Of a DNA stretch of 35,256 nt, positions 6,414-15,345 are shown piece by piece; the stretch's first letter is position 1; each line of letters opens with the position of its first letter. The stretch is taken from IMG/VR virus record IMGVR_UViG_3300031716_000031; one strand, written 5' to 3'. The position numbers were made by a program, and so were the translations under genes. This DNA is from a virus. The notes beneath the pieces are model-generated. The model was not told where the DNA came from. It ran no database searches and was given only the letters and a program-made list of their open reading frames with translations.

Positions 6414-7635
6414 TATCCCAACTGCAAAAGTATTTGAGCCTCTTCTCCATGACGCAAGATATAAAGGCGTACATGGTGGAAGAGCGTCAGGTAAGACCCA
6501 CTTCTTTGGGGACTTGTGGCTTGATGAAAGTGTCCGACTTAAGCTTGACTTCGTATGTGTCCGAGAAACGCTTAAATCATTGGAGTTCTCAGTAAAGAAA
6601 CTCCTAGAAGAGAAAATCCAGAAATACAACGCTGGACTCTATTTCGAAGTACAAGATCGGCGTATCCTTTCTGCAAAAGGAGGCGTTACTATCTTTGAAG
6701 GCATGCAGAACCATACAGCCGATTCCATCAAGTCTCTAGAAGGCTTCGATAGAGCATGGTTTACAGAAGCACAGCGAGCTAGTGATAAGAGTCTCACATT
6801 ATTGAGGCCTACTATCCGTAAGCCAGGCTCTCAACTGTGGTTTGATTGGAACCCAGATGCTGAAGACGATCCTATCGATCTTCTATTACGAGGGGTGACA
6901 ATTCCAACAGGTGCAATCGTAATTCAAGCGAATTACACTGATAATCCTTGGCTGCCACAAGAAATGCTCGATGAGATGGAATACGACAAGCGTCGTGATC
7001 CAGATAAATATGCTCATGTATGGCTAGGAGGCTATCGAACCAATAGTGAAGCTAGAGTCTTCAAGAATTGGAGTATCGAAGAATTCGAGCGTCCCGCTGG
7101 AACGATATTCAGGTTTGGAGCAGACTGGGGATTCGCCAGTGATCCATCAGTATTAGTAAGAAGTTCTATTGAAGGAAACAGGCTTTACATAGACCATGAG
7201 GCTTATATGGTTGGATGTGAGATTGTTAATCTTCCCGAGTTGTTTATGTCGATTCCTGAGGCTGAGAAATGGCCTATTACAGCTGATTCTGCAAGACCTG
7301 AAACGATTAGCCATATGCAGAAACATGGCTTCCCTAAGATATTTGCTGCTATTAAAGGTGCCGGTTCATTAGAAGATGGTGTGGAATGGTTGAAGTCATT
7401 TGATATCGTCGTGCATCCTAGGTGTGTTCATACGATTGATGAACTCACCATGTATTCCTATAAGACAGACCCATTGACTGGGAAAGTACTTCCAATTCTA
7501 GAAGACAAGAAGAATCACGTCATAGATGCACTTAGATATGCCTGTGAAGGAGCTAGACGAGCCAAGAAGCCGACTAATAAAGAAAAGGCTGAAGAACGTT
7601 TCTCATACCAAGGAGTTGGCGGATGGATGGCTTAA
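6379..7635 (+). CDS. terL: Terminase large subunit (Terminase_3 / PBSX-like)
   Basis: The Walker A-like motif HGGRASGKTHFF is near the N-terminus, with a nuclease-domain-like C-terminal half (KKNHVIDALRYA). An alternative TTG start at 6409 overlaps the upstream TGA. Confidence 0.85.
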   Translation: MLKCVVPLSILDIPTAKVFEPLLHDARYKGVHGGRASGKTHFFGDLWLDESVRLKLDFVCVRETLKSLEFSVKKLLEEKIQKYNAGLYFEVQDRRILSAKGGVTIFEGMQNHTADSIKSLEGFDRAWFTEAQRASDKSLTLLRPTIRKPGSQLWFDWNPDAEDDPIDLLLRGVTIPTGAIVIQANYTDNPWLPQEMLDEMEYDKRRDPDKYAHVWLGGYRTNSEARVFKNWSIEEFERPAGTIFRFGADWGFASDPSVLVRSSIEGNRLYIDHEAYMVGCEIVNLPELFMSIPEAEKWPITADSARPETISHMQKHGFPKIFAAIKGAGSLEDGVEWLKSFDIVVHPRCVHTIDELTMYSYKTDPLTGKVLPILEDKKNHVIDALRYACEGARRAKKPTNKEKAEERFSYQGVGGWMA

Positions 7636-7991
7636 GCGAGATTGGCAGATATTGGATAAATGAGGGAACGACAGTTCAAGTCGTCATCAATCCTGAACTT
7701 CCATCACACCTAAGAGTAAGAGAGGTTGTTGCTTTATTCACAGAACCAGAGCAAAGAAACAAAGGATATGCCACCGAACTGATGAAAGAAGTTTGCGCAG
7801 AAGCAGATAAGTGTGCAATAGTGCTGATATTGAAACCTGAAAGGTACGGAAATACAGGCGGACATAAGAATCTGCAAGCTTTCTATCAGAAATTAGGATT
7901 TGTCAAAGTCCAGCAAAAGCCCGTCTTGATGGCAAGAGCCCCTGTATTCAATCCAGTACGCAAGATTATAGTGGAGTCGCTGAGTGGCTGA
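7623..7991 (+). CDS. Minimal GNAT-family N-acetyltransferase (122 aa)
   Basis: The motif A-like EQRNKGYATELMKEVCAEADK and motif B-like LQAFYQKLGFVKV are present. AGGAG lies 7 nt upstream of ATG 7623. The gene overlaps both the TerL end and the portal start. Confidence 0.6.
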   Translation: MDGLSEIGRYWINEGTTVQVVINPELPSHLRVREVVALFTEPEQRNKGYATELMKEVCAEADKCAIVLILKPERYGNTGGHKNLQAFYQKLGFVKVQQKPVLMARAPVFNPVRKIIVESLSG

Positions 7992-10167
7992 AGAAGATAC
8001 CAAGACAGATAGTGTAGTCGATATTGCCAAGCAAAGATTCATGCGGGCAAAGGCTGCTTATTCCTTGTCTCGTCAACTTGCGATTGATGACACTCGCTTT
8101 GCGCTTGGTGATTCGGATAATGGTTGGCAATGGCCCGAAGGTATCCGTCAGTCTCGTCAGATAGAGCAAAAAGTATGCCTGACAGTCAACATGACGGCCC
8201 AGCATGTTAACCAGACTGTCAATAACATGCGTCAGAATCGGCCTCAATGCCGAGTTCTCCCCGTAGATAGTGGATCAGACAAGAAGACTGCCGAGATTTT
8301 CGGTGGACTTATTCGCAATATTCAGACTTCTAGTAACGCAGATGATGCCCATGATGTGGCGGCGGAGCATTCTTGCATTGGTGGGGAAGGTTACTGGCGA
8401 ATCCTAACTGAATATGAGAATGAGCGTTCGTTTAACCAACGAATTGTCATTCAAATGCTGCCCAATCCTCAGCTTGTCTACGTTGACGACATGGCTAAGG
8501 AACTGGATAAGTCTGATGCTGAATGGGGAATGATCTTTGACGACATCTCCAAAGCCCAATGTAAGCGAGATTATCCAGAGGTAGACCCAACTTCATGGGT
8601 TGTCGATCCCGGTGGCTGGGTAAAGGAAGATACGGTACGGATCGCTGAGTACTATTACTGTACGTATATTCCAGACACGGCCATTCTTTTGGCGGATGGA
8701 ACGAATTATCTCAAGAGCGAGCTTCAAAAAGGCCAATACGAACAGGCTAAAGAATCTGGCCTGATTGTTGATGAGCGTGAAACCACTCGTAAAACATGGA
8801 AGTGGTGCAAGCTTGTTGGTGGTCATGATGAACCGTTAGAAGTCCGTGATTGGCCCGGTAAGTTCCTCCCTATTGTTTCTGCTGTGGGTAAACAGTTGAA
8901 TGTCGATGGGGAAGTTGTAACCAAGGGAATGGTTCGTGACCTGAAAGACCCGGCGCGAATGGTGAATTTCAGCTATTCCGAAGCCGTCCAGACCATTGCA
9001 CTCCAGAACAAGATTCCCTACATTGCTGCGGCTGAAGCAATTGAAGGGTATGAGAATGTCTGGAAGATGGCTAATACCACGAATCTTGCCGTTCTCCCTT
9101 ATAACGAGTGGGATGATGAAGGTCGCCACATTACGCCGCCTGCACGTCAGCAACCGAGTGTAATGCCTGCTGCGCAGGTTCAAATGCTTCAGCTTTCTAC
9201 AGACCAAATGCGTGCTGCGTCAGGTCAACAGAATGCCAACTTTGGAATTAAGTCAGAAGCCTCTAGTGGTGTTGGGATTCAACGCCTTAAAGCCCAAGGC
9301 GAGATTGCTACTTTCCACTTCCCGGATAATCAAGTGCGTGCGCTTCGATATGAAGCACGTATTCTTATCGATTTGATCCCAAAGGTCTACGACACGAAAC
9401 GCGTTGTGCGTATTCTCGGGATAGATGGTAAGGAAGAGAAGGTCGAAGTCAATCCTGACATGGAAAGTGCCTATCAGGAAGACTACACCGAGGAAGATGT
9501 TAAGAAGATTTTCAATCCTAACGTCGGTCAATACGATGTTGTTATCGATACTGGCCCAAGCTTCCAGACACAAAGGCAAGAATCGTTCCAGTTCATGACT
9601 GAGCTGGCAAAGACTGATCCGGGTTTCATGCAGAACTATGGCGATATTGTTTTCCGTGCATCGGATGTTCCTTATTCTGACCAATTGGCTAAACGTGCCG
9701 AGAAGTTGCTTCCGCCAGCACTTCAAGAGGCCAAGGGTCAACCACAGATTCCGCCTCAAGTACAGCAACAAGTCCAAGAAATGCAAGGACAAATCCAGCA
9801 AATGAGCACTGCACTTGAAAACGCTCATGTGGAAGTTACCCAACTGGAAGAAGAGAAAAAGAAATACGATGCTGAAATGGAAATCAAGCGGATTGAAGCC
9901 AATACCAAGGCTTATTCGGCGATTACAGATCGATTGAAGGTGCTTGGCCCATTGCTGACACCTGAAGAGGTGGCAGGATTGGCAGAAGAAACCAAGCGAG
10001 AAGCCATGGAACAACCTGATCCGGGTAATGCACCTTCAGAATCGATGGGCATTCCAGAACAAGAAATGCAAGAACAGAATGAGGCACCGATTCAGCCTCC
10101 TGTTATGAATCCACCACCCACGGAGCCACCACCACAATCGGCTCCACCACCAATTGAGGCTCAATGA
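7984..10167 (+). CDS. Portal protein, P22 gp1-like
   Basis: It resembles P22 portal as I recall it: MAEEDTK vs MADNENR, RIAEYYY vs IAEFYEV, and TGPSFQTQRQES vs VGPSFQSMKQQ. It has a long C-terminal coiled-coil (barrel-like) region and a Pro-rich tail. The start is GTG with GGAG upstream. Confidence 0.85.
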   Translation: MAEEDTKTDSVVDIAKQRFMRAKAAYSLSRQLAIDDTRFALGDSDNGWQWPEGIRQSRQIEQKVCLTVNMTAQHVNQTVNNMRQNRPQCRVLPVDSGSDKKTAEIFGGLIRNIQTSSNADDAHDVAAEHSCIGGEGYWRILTEYENERSFNQRIVIQMLPNPQLVYVDDMAKELDKSDAEWGMIFDDISKAQCKRDYPEVDPTSWVVDPGGWVKEDTVRIAEYYYCTYIPDTAILLADGTNYLKSELQKGQYEQAKESGLIVDERETTRKTWKWCKLVGGHDEPLEVRDWPGKFLPIVSAVGKQLNVDGEVVTKGMVRDLKDPARMVNFSYSEAVQTIALQNKIPYIAAAEAIEGYENVWKMANTTNLAVLPYNEWDDEGRHITPPARQQPSVMPAAQVQMLQLSTDQMRAASGQQNANFGIKSEASSGVGIQRLKAQGEIATFHFPDNQVRALRYEARILIDLIPKVYDTKRVVRILGIDGKEEKVEVNPDMESAYQEDYTEEDVKKIFNPNVGQYDVVIDTGPSFQTQRQESFQFMTELAKTDPGFMQNYGDIVFRASDVPYSDQLAKRAEKLLPPALQEAKGQPQIPPQVQQQVQEMQGQIQQMSTALENAHVEVTQLEEEKKKYDAEMEIKRIEANTKAYSAITDRLKVLGPLLTPEEVAGLAEETKREAMEQPDPGNAPSESMGIPEQEMQEQNEAPIQPPVMNPPPTEPPPQSAPPPIEAQ

Positions 10168-10982
10168 TGGCTATCCTAACTACAATCATCAAGTCGAATG
10201 TGTTTGACGAATATGGCCGACTGCTTCCTGTCGGTTCTGCCTATACCCCTTACAACGACGATTATGCAAAGTCACTCGTCCAAACCCTAAAGGCACTCGA
10301 TACCAATGGGGTATTGGGCTATCCAATCCCTACCATGGCGAATGTCTCAATGCCGTGGGGAAGTCGCCCTAATCCTCTCCTGAATATTGGTTCTCAGATT
10401 CGCTTCACCGATGTAGGGGGTGGAACTGGAAATGTGTCTGGCGGTTCGGTATTTGTTGCAAATGCTTTCCGCTGGAAGCCATTGAATGCAAGTATCGTGC
10501 TAGATTCAGTCGATACAGCCAATTCGGCGATTGCCAACACCACTGAGCAGAATCTAAATCCTAACCATGTGGTTATTCCCGCTGGTGTAGTTGGGAACTT
10601 TGATCGTCTGCGTTTATGGGTATCTCTTTCAAAGAATGGATCGGTTGATACTTCTTTGATCCAGATCAAATATGGCCCATTGGGTACGACTGCTGATCCA
10701 GTTCTCGCAACGATTACTACTCTCGCGACCACCAATCAGTCCTTGGGTTGCTTGCTTGAGTTCAAGCGTTTGTCTGCAACTACCATGCAAAAGCAAGGTA
10801 ATGCATCGACGGATGTGAGCTATAACGGCTCAAGTGGAGGTGCTTATCCCGGTGCGGTCACAGTGGCTAACATGGATACGAATCCCATGTATCTATCTAT
10901 CACTTCAACCATGACGACGGGTGCTGAAATCTGCACTTTGCAAGATTACACTCTTGAATTGTACGCAACGGATTCCCAATAA
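10164..10982 (+). CDS. Hypothetical late protein (272 aa) between portal and scaffold
   Basis: ATGA overlap with the portal stop. The sequence is Ser/Thr/Asn-rich and looks beta-rich. No motif recognised. Confidence 0.7.
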   Translation: MMAILTTIIKSNVFDEYGRLLPVGSAYTPYNDDYAKSLVQTLKALDTNGVLGYPIPTMANVSMPWGSRPNPLLNIGSQIRFTDVGGGTGNVSGGSVFVANAFRWKPLNASIVLDSVDTANSAIANTTEQNLNPNHVVIPAGVVGNFDRLRLWVSLSKNGSVDTSLIQIKYGPLGTTADPVLATITTLATTNQSLGCLLEFKRLSATTMQKQGNASTDVSYNGSSGGAYPGAVTVANMDTNPMYLSITSTMTTGAEICTLQDYTLELYATDSQ

Positions 10983-12277
10983 TGAAAAAGCTCATTCTCC
11001 CACTATTGCTATTGCCGAGTGTGGCAATCAGCGCTCCTTGGGACTTGAATGGTCAGCAATATGACCAGTTCGGAACCAGTATGATTAACCGTCTAATGCC
11101 ACTTCCTGCGAATGGTGCAAGCGGTATCTACATTTACAACAGTTCGCTCAATCTTCCTAAACTAGCAACAGTTGACTCTACGCTCAACATTTCGAGTGGA
11201 AGTGTCATTTCTGTATCGGCGAGTGCCCTTCCTGTGAATGCAGACTGGAATTCAGTCTCAGGTCTCTCACAGATTCTTAACAAGCCCACCATTCCTGCCT
11301 CCCAAGTCAATAGCGACTGGAATTCCGTGAGTGGGGTTTCTCAGGTATTAAATAAGCCGTCGATTGTGTCTGCTTTCACCAATGATGTCGGTTACATCAC
11401 TTCATCGGCTCTTTCTCCTTACGCTACGACTGCCTCAGTCACAAGTGGACTTGCTACCAAATTCAACACCCCAACCGGTACGACTGCGCAATACATCCGA
11501 GGTGAAGGATCGCTAGCAACATTTCCAACAAATGTATCTACATTTACCAATGATTCTGGTTATTTGACGAGCATTAATAGTTCACAAGTCACTACTGCAC
11601 TTGGATTCACCCCCTATAACTCGACGAATCCGTCTGCCTATATCAATCAGGCAGGCGCACGGACTGCTATTAGCCTGACGACGACGGGTTCGGGTGCGGC
11701 GACTTACAATAACGCTACGGGTATATTGAATGTTCCTACGCCTACGGCCACCGGTTCTGTCACCAGCGTTGGGATTAGTAGCTCTAACTTGACGGTGAGT
11801 GGTTCTCCCGTAACTTCCAGTGGAACAATCGCTGTCAGTCTCCCTAATACGGGAACAGCTTCTACTTACAGTGATGTAACTACAGATGCTCAAGGCCGCG
11901 TTATTTCTGGAACTATCCGCACCCAATCAAGTGCCACTCGATCATTTAATAGTGGATTTCAGATCAGCACTACTCGTGATTCACTAGCTTTCTATAGTGT
12001 TCAAATGACTGTCACTGCCTCAATTGCATCAGGTCAGGATGGAACTTTGTACCTTGATATTGCTTCTGATAGCGGATTTACAACAAATCTTCAAACATTA
12101 TCTGCCTCTCCCTGTAGCCAAGTCTATACACTTGCGATAGCATTACAAGGCGTTCAGAAATGTCCTTTGAACGTGTCAGGTTATATTCCTGCCAATTACT
12201 ATGCAAGGTTGCGAACTGTTAATACAACCGGAACGCCAACCTACACTTATTTGGCAGGACAGGAAGTTTTGTTTTAA
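10982..12277 (+). CDS. Signal-peptide-bearing, fibre-repeat protein (431 aa)
   Basis: TAATG overlap with the upstream gene. The N-terminus MKKLILPLLLLPSVAISA-PW looks like a Sec signal. There are tandem DWNSVSG(L/V)SQ(I/V)LNKP units and two FTND(V/S)GY(I/L)TS motifs of the kind seen in phage fibre proteins. The protein ends ...LAGQEVLF. Confidence 0.75.
   Translation: MKKLILPLLLLPSVAISAPWDLNGQQYDQFGTSMINRLMPLPANGASGIYIYNSSLNLPKLATVDSTLNISSGSVISVSASALPVNADWNSVSGLSQILNKPTIPASQVNSDWNSVSGVSQVLNKPSIVSAFTNDVGYITSSALSPYATTASVTSGLATKFNTPTGTTAQYIRGEGSLATFPTNVSTFTNDSGYLTSINSSQVTTALGFTPYNSTNPSAYINQAGARTAISLTTTGSGAATYNNATGILNVPTPTATGSVTSVGISSSNLTVSGSPVTSSGTIAVSLPNTGTASTYSDVTTDAQGRVISGTIRTQSSATRSFNSGFQISTTRDSLAFYSVQMTVTASIASGQDGTLYLDIASDSGFTTNLQTLSASPCSQVYTLAIALQGVQKCPLNVSGYIPANYYARLRTVNTTGTPTYTYLAGQEVLF
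11243..11386 (+). repeat. Tandem 72-nt (24-aa) coding repeat inside the fibre-repeat gene
   Basis: Unit 1 (11243..11314) encodes DWNSVSGLSQILNKPTIPASQVNS. Unit 2 (11315..11386) encodes DWNSVSGVSQVLNKPSIVSAFTND. Confidence 0.85.
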
Positions 12278-12288
12278 GCAGTACGTTA

Positions 12289-12319
12289 CCGGACGAATCC
12301 GGGCCTAGCCGAAAGGCTA
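12289..12319 (+). promoter_or_regulatory. Two adjacent RNA stem-loops upstream of the scaffold gene
   Basis: CCGGA-cgaa-TCCGG (12289..12302) and TAGCC-GAAA-GGCTA (12306..12319, GNRA loop). No U-tract follows. They lie in the 60-nt gap before ATG 12338. Confidence 0.45.
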
Positions 12320-12337
12320 CCTTAGAAGGAAAGCAAA

Positions 12338-13120
12338 ATGTCTGAAGAAATTCAGCCAAGCGCAGAAGTAACAACTGAAGTAGAAACTCCTGTAGTACAA
12401 CCTGAAGCGGAACAGGATACATCCGCGCCCCCAGCCGAAGGTACGGAGCCTGAGACGGGAGAGAAGGACACTCCGGCAGAGAAAACGTTTACTCAAAAAG
12501 AGTTGGACGAAATTCTCGCAAAGAAAACAGCGAAGCTTGCACGGCAACGCGATCAGGAACGGAATAAACGTGAGCAGGTAGAACGGGAAATTGCGAAAGC
12601 ATCACTCCCGCGAGATGAAGGAAAGCCAAATCCGGTGAATTACTCTGATCTAGAGCAATACACCAATGATGTGGCTAAATGGGCATTAGGACAACGGGAA
12701 AAAGAAGAGCAAGTCGTACAGCAGCATAAGTCAGCGTCTACATTTGAAGCAAAAGCACATGATATTCGTGCTGAACTTGAAGAAAGTGCAGATTTCGACG
12801 CAGTCAAGTATGACAAGCTTCCAATTTCTGAACCCATGGCACTTGCCATTGTGGACTCTGAGATTGGAGTAAAGCTAGCCCAGCATCTTTATGAACATCC
12901 TTCAGAAGCAGAGCGTATTTCGGCCTTACCGCCAGCACGACAAGCAGCAGAAATTGGCAAGTTGGAAGAAAAACTTTCAACTGCCGCAAAAACCAGTAAG
13001 ACCCCACCTCCAATTAATCCGATTGGAAAGGGTCAAGCGGTAACGAATAGACGCCTTGAAGACTTGCCTATGAATGAATATATTGCAGCGCGCAAGAAGA
13101 TGGGTAATACTCGCTACTGA
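12338..13120 (+). CDS. Scaffolding protein
   Basis: It is acidic, Glu/Lys-rich and predicted coiled-coil, and lies directly upstream of the coat gene, as in the P22 gene order 1-8-5. Confidence 0.7.
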   Translation: MSEEIQPSAEVTTEVETPVVQPEAEQDTSAPPAEGTEPETGEKDTPAEKTFTQKELDEILAKKTAKLARQRDQERNKREQVEREIAKASLPRDEGKPNPVNYSDLEQYTNDVAKWALGQREKEEQVVQQHKSASTFEAKAHDIRAELEESADFDAVKYDKLPISEPMALAIVDSEIGVKLAQHLYEHPSEAERISALPPARQAAEIGKLEEKLSTAAKTSKTPPPINPIGKGQAVTNRRLEDLPMNEYIAARKKMGNTRY

Positions 13121-13135
13121 AAATTTAACAGCTAA

Positions 13136-13170
13136 CGCCGTGAGGCGCAGCGCCGGGGCAAGACCCCGGC
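13136..13170 (+). promoter_or_regulatory. Two RNA stem-loops upstream of the major capsid gene
   Basis: CGCC-GTGA-GGCG (13136..13147, GNRA loop) and GCCGGGG-caaga-CCCCGGC (13152..13170, 7 GC pairs). No U-tract follows. Confidence 0.45.
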
Positions 13171-13189
13171 ATCGACCAAAGGACTTATC

Positions 13190-14401
13190 ATGTCTAACAC
13201 CCTGATTACCAGTTCCATCGTTGCAAAAGAAGTTCTTCCGATTCTGGAGAACATGTGCTCTTTCTCCCAAGGCGTCAATCGTGATTATGAACCTGAATTC
13301 GGTTCTAACATGGCCCGAGGTTATGAGACTGGATCGACCATCAACATTAAGCGTCCGTCGCGCTATAACTACCGTGCTGGCCGCGTAGCTGTTCCTCAAG
13401 CTTCGGTTGATACGACTGTCCCATTGGTTCTGTCTCAGGGCGGTTGCGATCTTAACTTCACGGCTTTCGAACGCACTCTCTCCATTAGCAATCCGCACAT
13501 TCAAAACAAGATTGCGGCTGCGGTTGCTACGGTTGCCAATGAAATTGACCGTCAAGGCCTCCAATTGGCCCACTATGCAACTTACAACACCTTGAACCCG
13601 ACGGGTGCTCTTCCGACTACTCAGTTCGGTGCAGTCCAAGCCATTACCGATAGCAATCGTCGTCTTGACGAAATGGCCGCTCCGCGTGATGATGCTCGCC
13701 GTTTCATTCTCGGCCCCGGTCTGAATGGTGCGTTGATTGGTGGTTTTTCTGGCATGTTCAATTCTTCGCAAATGCTGGATAAGCAATACAAGAATGGCGT
13801 CATGCAGAATGCCTTTGGTATCTCGCCTGATCTTGATCAGAATGTCGATATCCACACCAATGGTGCTGCAACTGCTACTAATATCAACGGTGCAGGTCAA
13901 ACGGGTTCGTCCGTGACCGTGGTTGCTGTGGCAGGCGGTACGCTGACTCGCGGTACGACCATTACTCTTCCGGGTGTGTTTGCTGTTAATCCGCAAACTC
14001 GTAACTCGACGGGTGTACTGGCTAACTTCGTGGTCACTGCTGACGTTGCCGCTGGAGCGACTTCGATTCCGATCAGCCCAGCTATCGTTACCTCTGGCCC
14101 TTATCAGAACGTCAGCGCCTCTCCGACCACCGGTCAACCATATGTGATCATCGGTGCTGCTTCGACCTCCTACAACTGCAACGTTGCCTTTCATCGTGAT
14201 GCATTCACGCTTGCCATGGTTCCAATGTGGGTTCCTGAAGGTCTCGGCGTCAAGGTCTCGCAACAAACGCACAACGGCTTCACGGTAAAGGTCACTGATA
14301 TCTATGACGGTGTCAATGACAATGCAATCATGCGTCTGGATGTGCTGTTTGGGTGGGCCGCCACTTATCCGGAACTTTCGGTTAAGTACCTGTCAGTATA
14401 A
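13190..14401 (+). CDS. Major capsid protein, P22 coat (gp5)-family-like
   Basis: The N-terminal pattern SSIVAKEVLPILENMCSFSQGVNRDYEPEF...GSTINIKRPSRY matches my recollection of the P22-coat family. Size (403 aa) and position after the scaffold also fit. Confidence 0.8.
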   Translation: MSNTLITSSIVAKEVLPILENMCSFSQGVNRDYEPEFGSNMARGYETGSTINIKRPSRYNYRAGRVAVPQASVDTTVPLVLSQGGCDLNFTAFERTLSISNPHIQNKIAAAVATVANEIDRQGLQLAHYATYNTLNPTGALPTTQFGAVQAITDSNRRLDEMAAPRDDARRFILGPGLNGALIGGFSGMFNSSQMLDKQYKNGVMQNAFGISPDLDQNVDIHTNGAATATNINGAGQTGSSVTVVAVAGGTLTRGTTITLPGVFAVNPQTRNSTGVLANFVVTADVAAGATSIPISPAIVTSGPYQNVSASPTTGQPYVIIGAASTSYNCNVAFHRDAFTLAMVPMWVPEGLGVKVSQQTHNGFTVKVTDIYDGVNDNAIMRLDVLFGWAATYPELSVKYLSV

Positions 14402-14411
14402 GCAAAGTATG

Positions 14412-14882
14412 TTACCTAGTGCAACCTTCGTGGATAAGCCTTTTTGCTCGCATAAAGGCCTCTGCGGCTTCTTCAACGGTGTCATATGTTCCGATGCGGA
14501 TGTTAGCTAAAAATTTTCCTTTTGGATTTCTGGTAACTCCGTACGGTAAATCATTTTCCTTACGTCTAATAGCATAACGATTCTGCATATTTACCGACAT
14601 AGAAACATCGCGAAGATTTGAAATTTTGTTATTGAGTTTGTCGCCGTCAATATGGTCAATTTGCCCACTGGGCCATACACCATATGTAATAAACCATGCA
14701 AGCCGATGGAGTTTTATCTGCTCTTTGTCTATTGTTGCTTTTTTATAACCATGCTGAATAGTTCCTACATCAGCACCTTCTTTGACTTTTCCTTGGCTTA
14801 CTTTCCAAGTGAAATTACCAGAGGATGGGTTATATGAAAGCAAATGGTTAGCACGCTCGGTAGTAAGTTTTGGAATTTTCAT
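14412..14882 (-). CDS. HNH (HNH_3) + AP2-domain homing endonuclease
   Basis: HRLAWFITYG...IDHIDGDKLNNKISNLRDVSMSVNMQN is the HNH_3 core. YGVTRNPKGKFLANIRIGTYDTVEEAAEAF is AP2-like. It is the only minus-strand gene in the late arm. ATG 14882 is preferred over the track start 14921. Confidence 0.8.
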   Translation of the reverse strand: MKIPKLTTERANHLLSYNPSSGNFTWKVSQGKVKEGADVGTIQHGYKKATIDKEQIKLHRLAWFITYGVWPSGQIDHIDGDKLNNKISNLRDVSMSVNMQNRYAIRRKENDLPYGVTRNPKGKFLANIRIGTYDTVEEAAEAFMRAKRLIHEGCTR

Positions 14883-14939
14883 TAGGTAATGTCCTTGTAT
14901 GTACAAAATATATTGTAGCACTTTTTAAAGGAAAGTATC

Positions 14940-15338
14940 ATGACTGTAATTCTTAATCGATCTTATCAAGGTTATCCGGCTGGTCAAGTTGTTGAACTCT
15001 CGACCGATGCGGAAAATGCTCTGATCGCCCAAGGTCTTGCTGCTACTGCTGCATCTACCGCAATTACCACAGGGAATGCCACTGCAAATGCCTTCACTGG
15101 TACAGCTGCTATTCCGGCAGGTTCGTCGTCTGTGGTGATTACCAATAGCTTCGTGGATACCAACAGTAAGGTTTTTGCCGTAGTGGCCCAAGCGACTGCT
15201 GACGGTACTTTGCTCCGTGTAGAACGTATCGTTTGTGCTGCCGGTTCTTTCACGATCTATGGTACAGCCAACGCAACCGCGACGACTTATGTAGATTGGG
15301 TTGTGATCAATCCGCAAGGTATGGTTATCCGCAACTAA
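14940..15338 (+). CDS. Putative head-associated small protein (132 aa)
   Basis: The N-terminus YQGYPAGQVVELSTDAENALIAQGLA resembles a motif common in small ORFs after capsid genes. The C-terminal half is Ala/Thr-rich and beta-like. Confidence 0.5.
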   Translation: MTVILNRSYQGYPAGQVVELSTDAENALIAQGLAATAASTAITTGNATANAFTGTAAIPAGSSSVVITNSFVDTNSKVFAVVAQATADGTLLRVERIVCAAGSFTIYGTANATATTYVDWVVINPQGMVIRN

Positions 15339-15345
15339 GTAGTTA

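Noticed and set aside
6182-6629. Minus-strand ORFs 6182..6457 and 6309..6629
   Set aside because: They are antisense to the small- and large-terminase genes, with no independent support.
9253-10014. 253-aa minus-strand ORF inside the portal gene
   Set aside because: It is antisense to the coiled-coil/barrel region of a confidently recognised portal. It is Leu/Phe-rich, as expected when a Glu/Lys/Gln-rich frame is read backwards.
11243-12277. Repeat-rich Ser/Thr region as a CRISPR array, DGR variable region or other non-coding repeat
   Set aside because: The repeats are in-frame 72-nt coding units within a continuous ORF. No spacer-like regular architecture, template repeat or reverse transcriptase exists in the genome.
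12977-14272. 431-aa minus-strand ORF, as long as a real gene
   Set aside because: It lies entirely antisense to the scaffold end and the P22-coat-like capsid gene. It is extremely Arg/Ser/Thr-rich and low-complexity, and has no SD. It is a shadow frame of a codon-biased gene.
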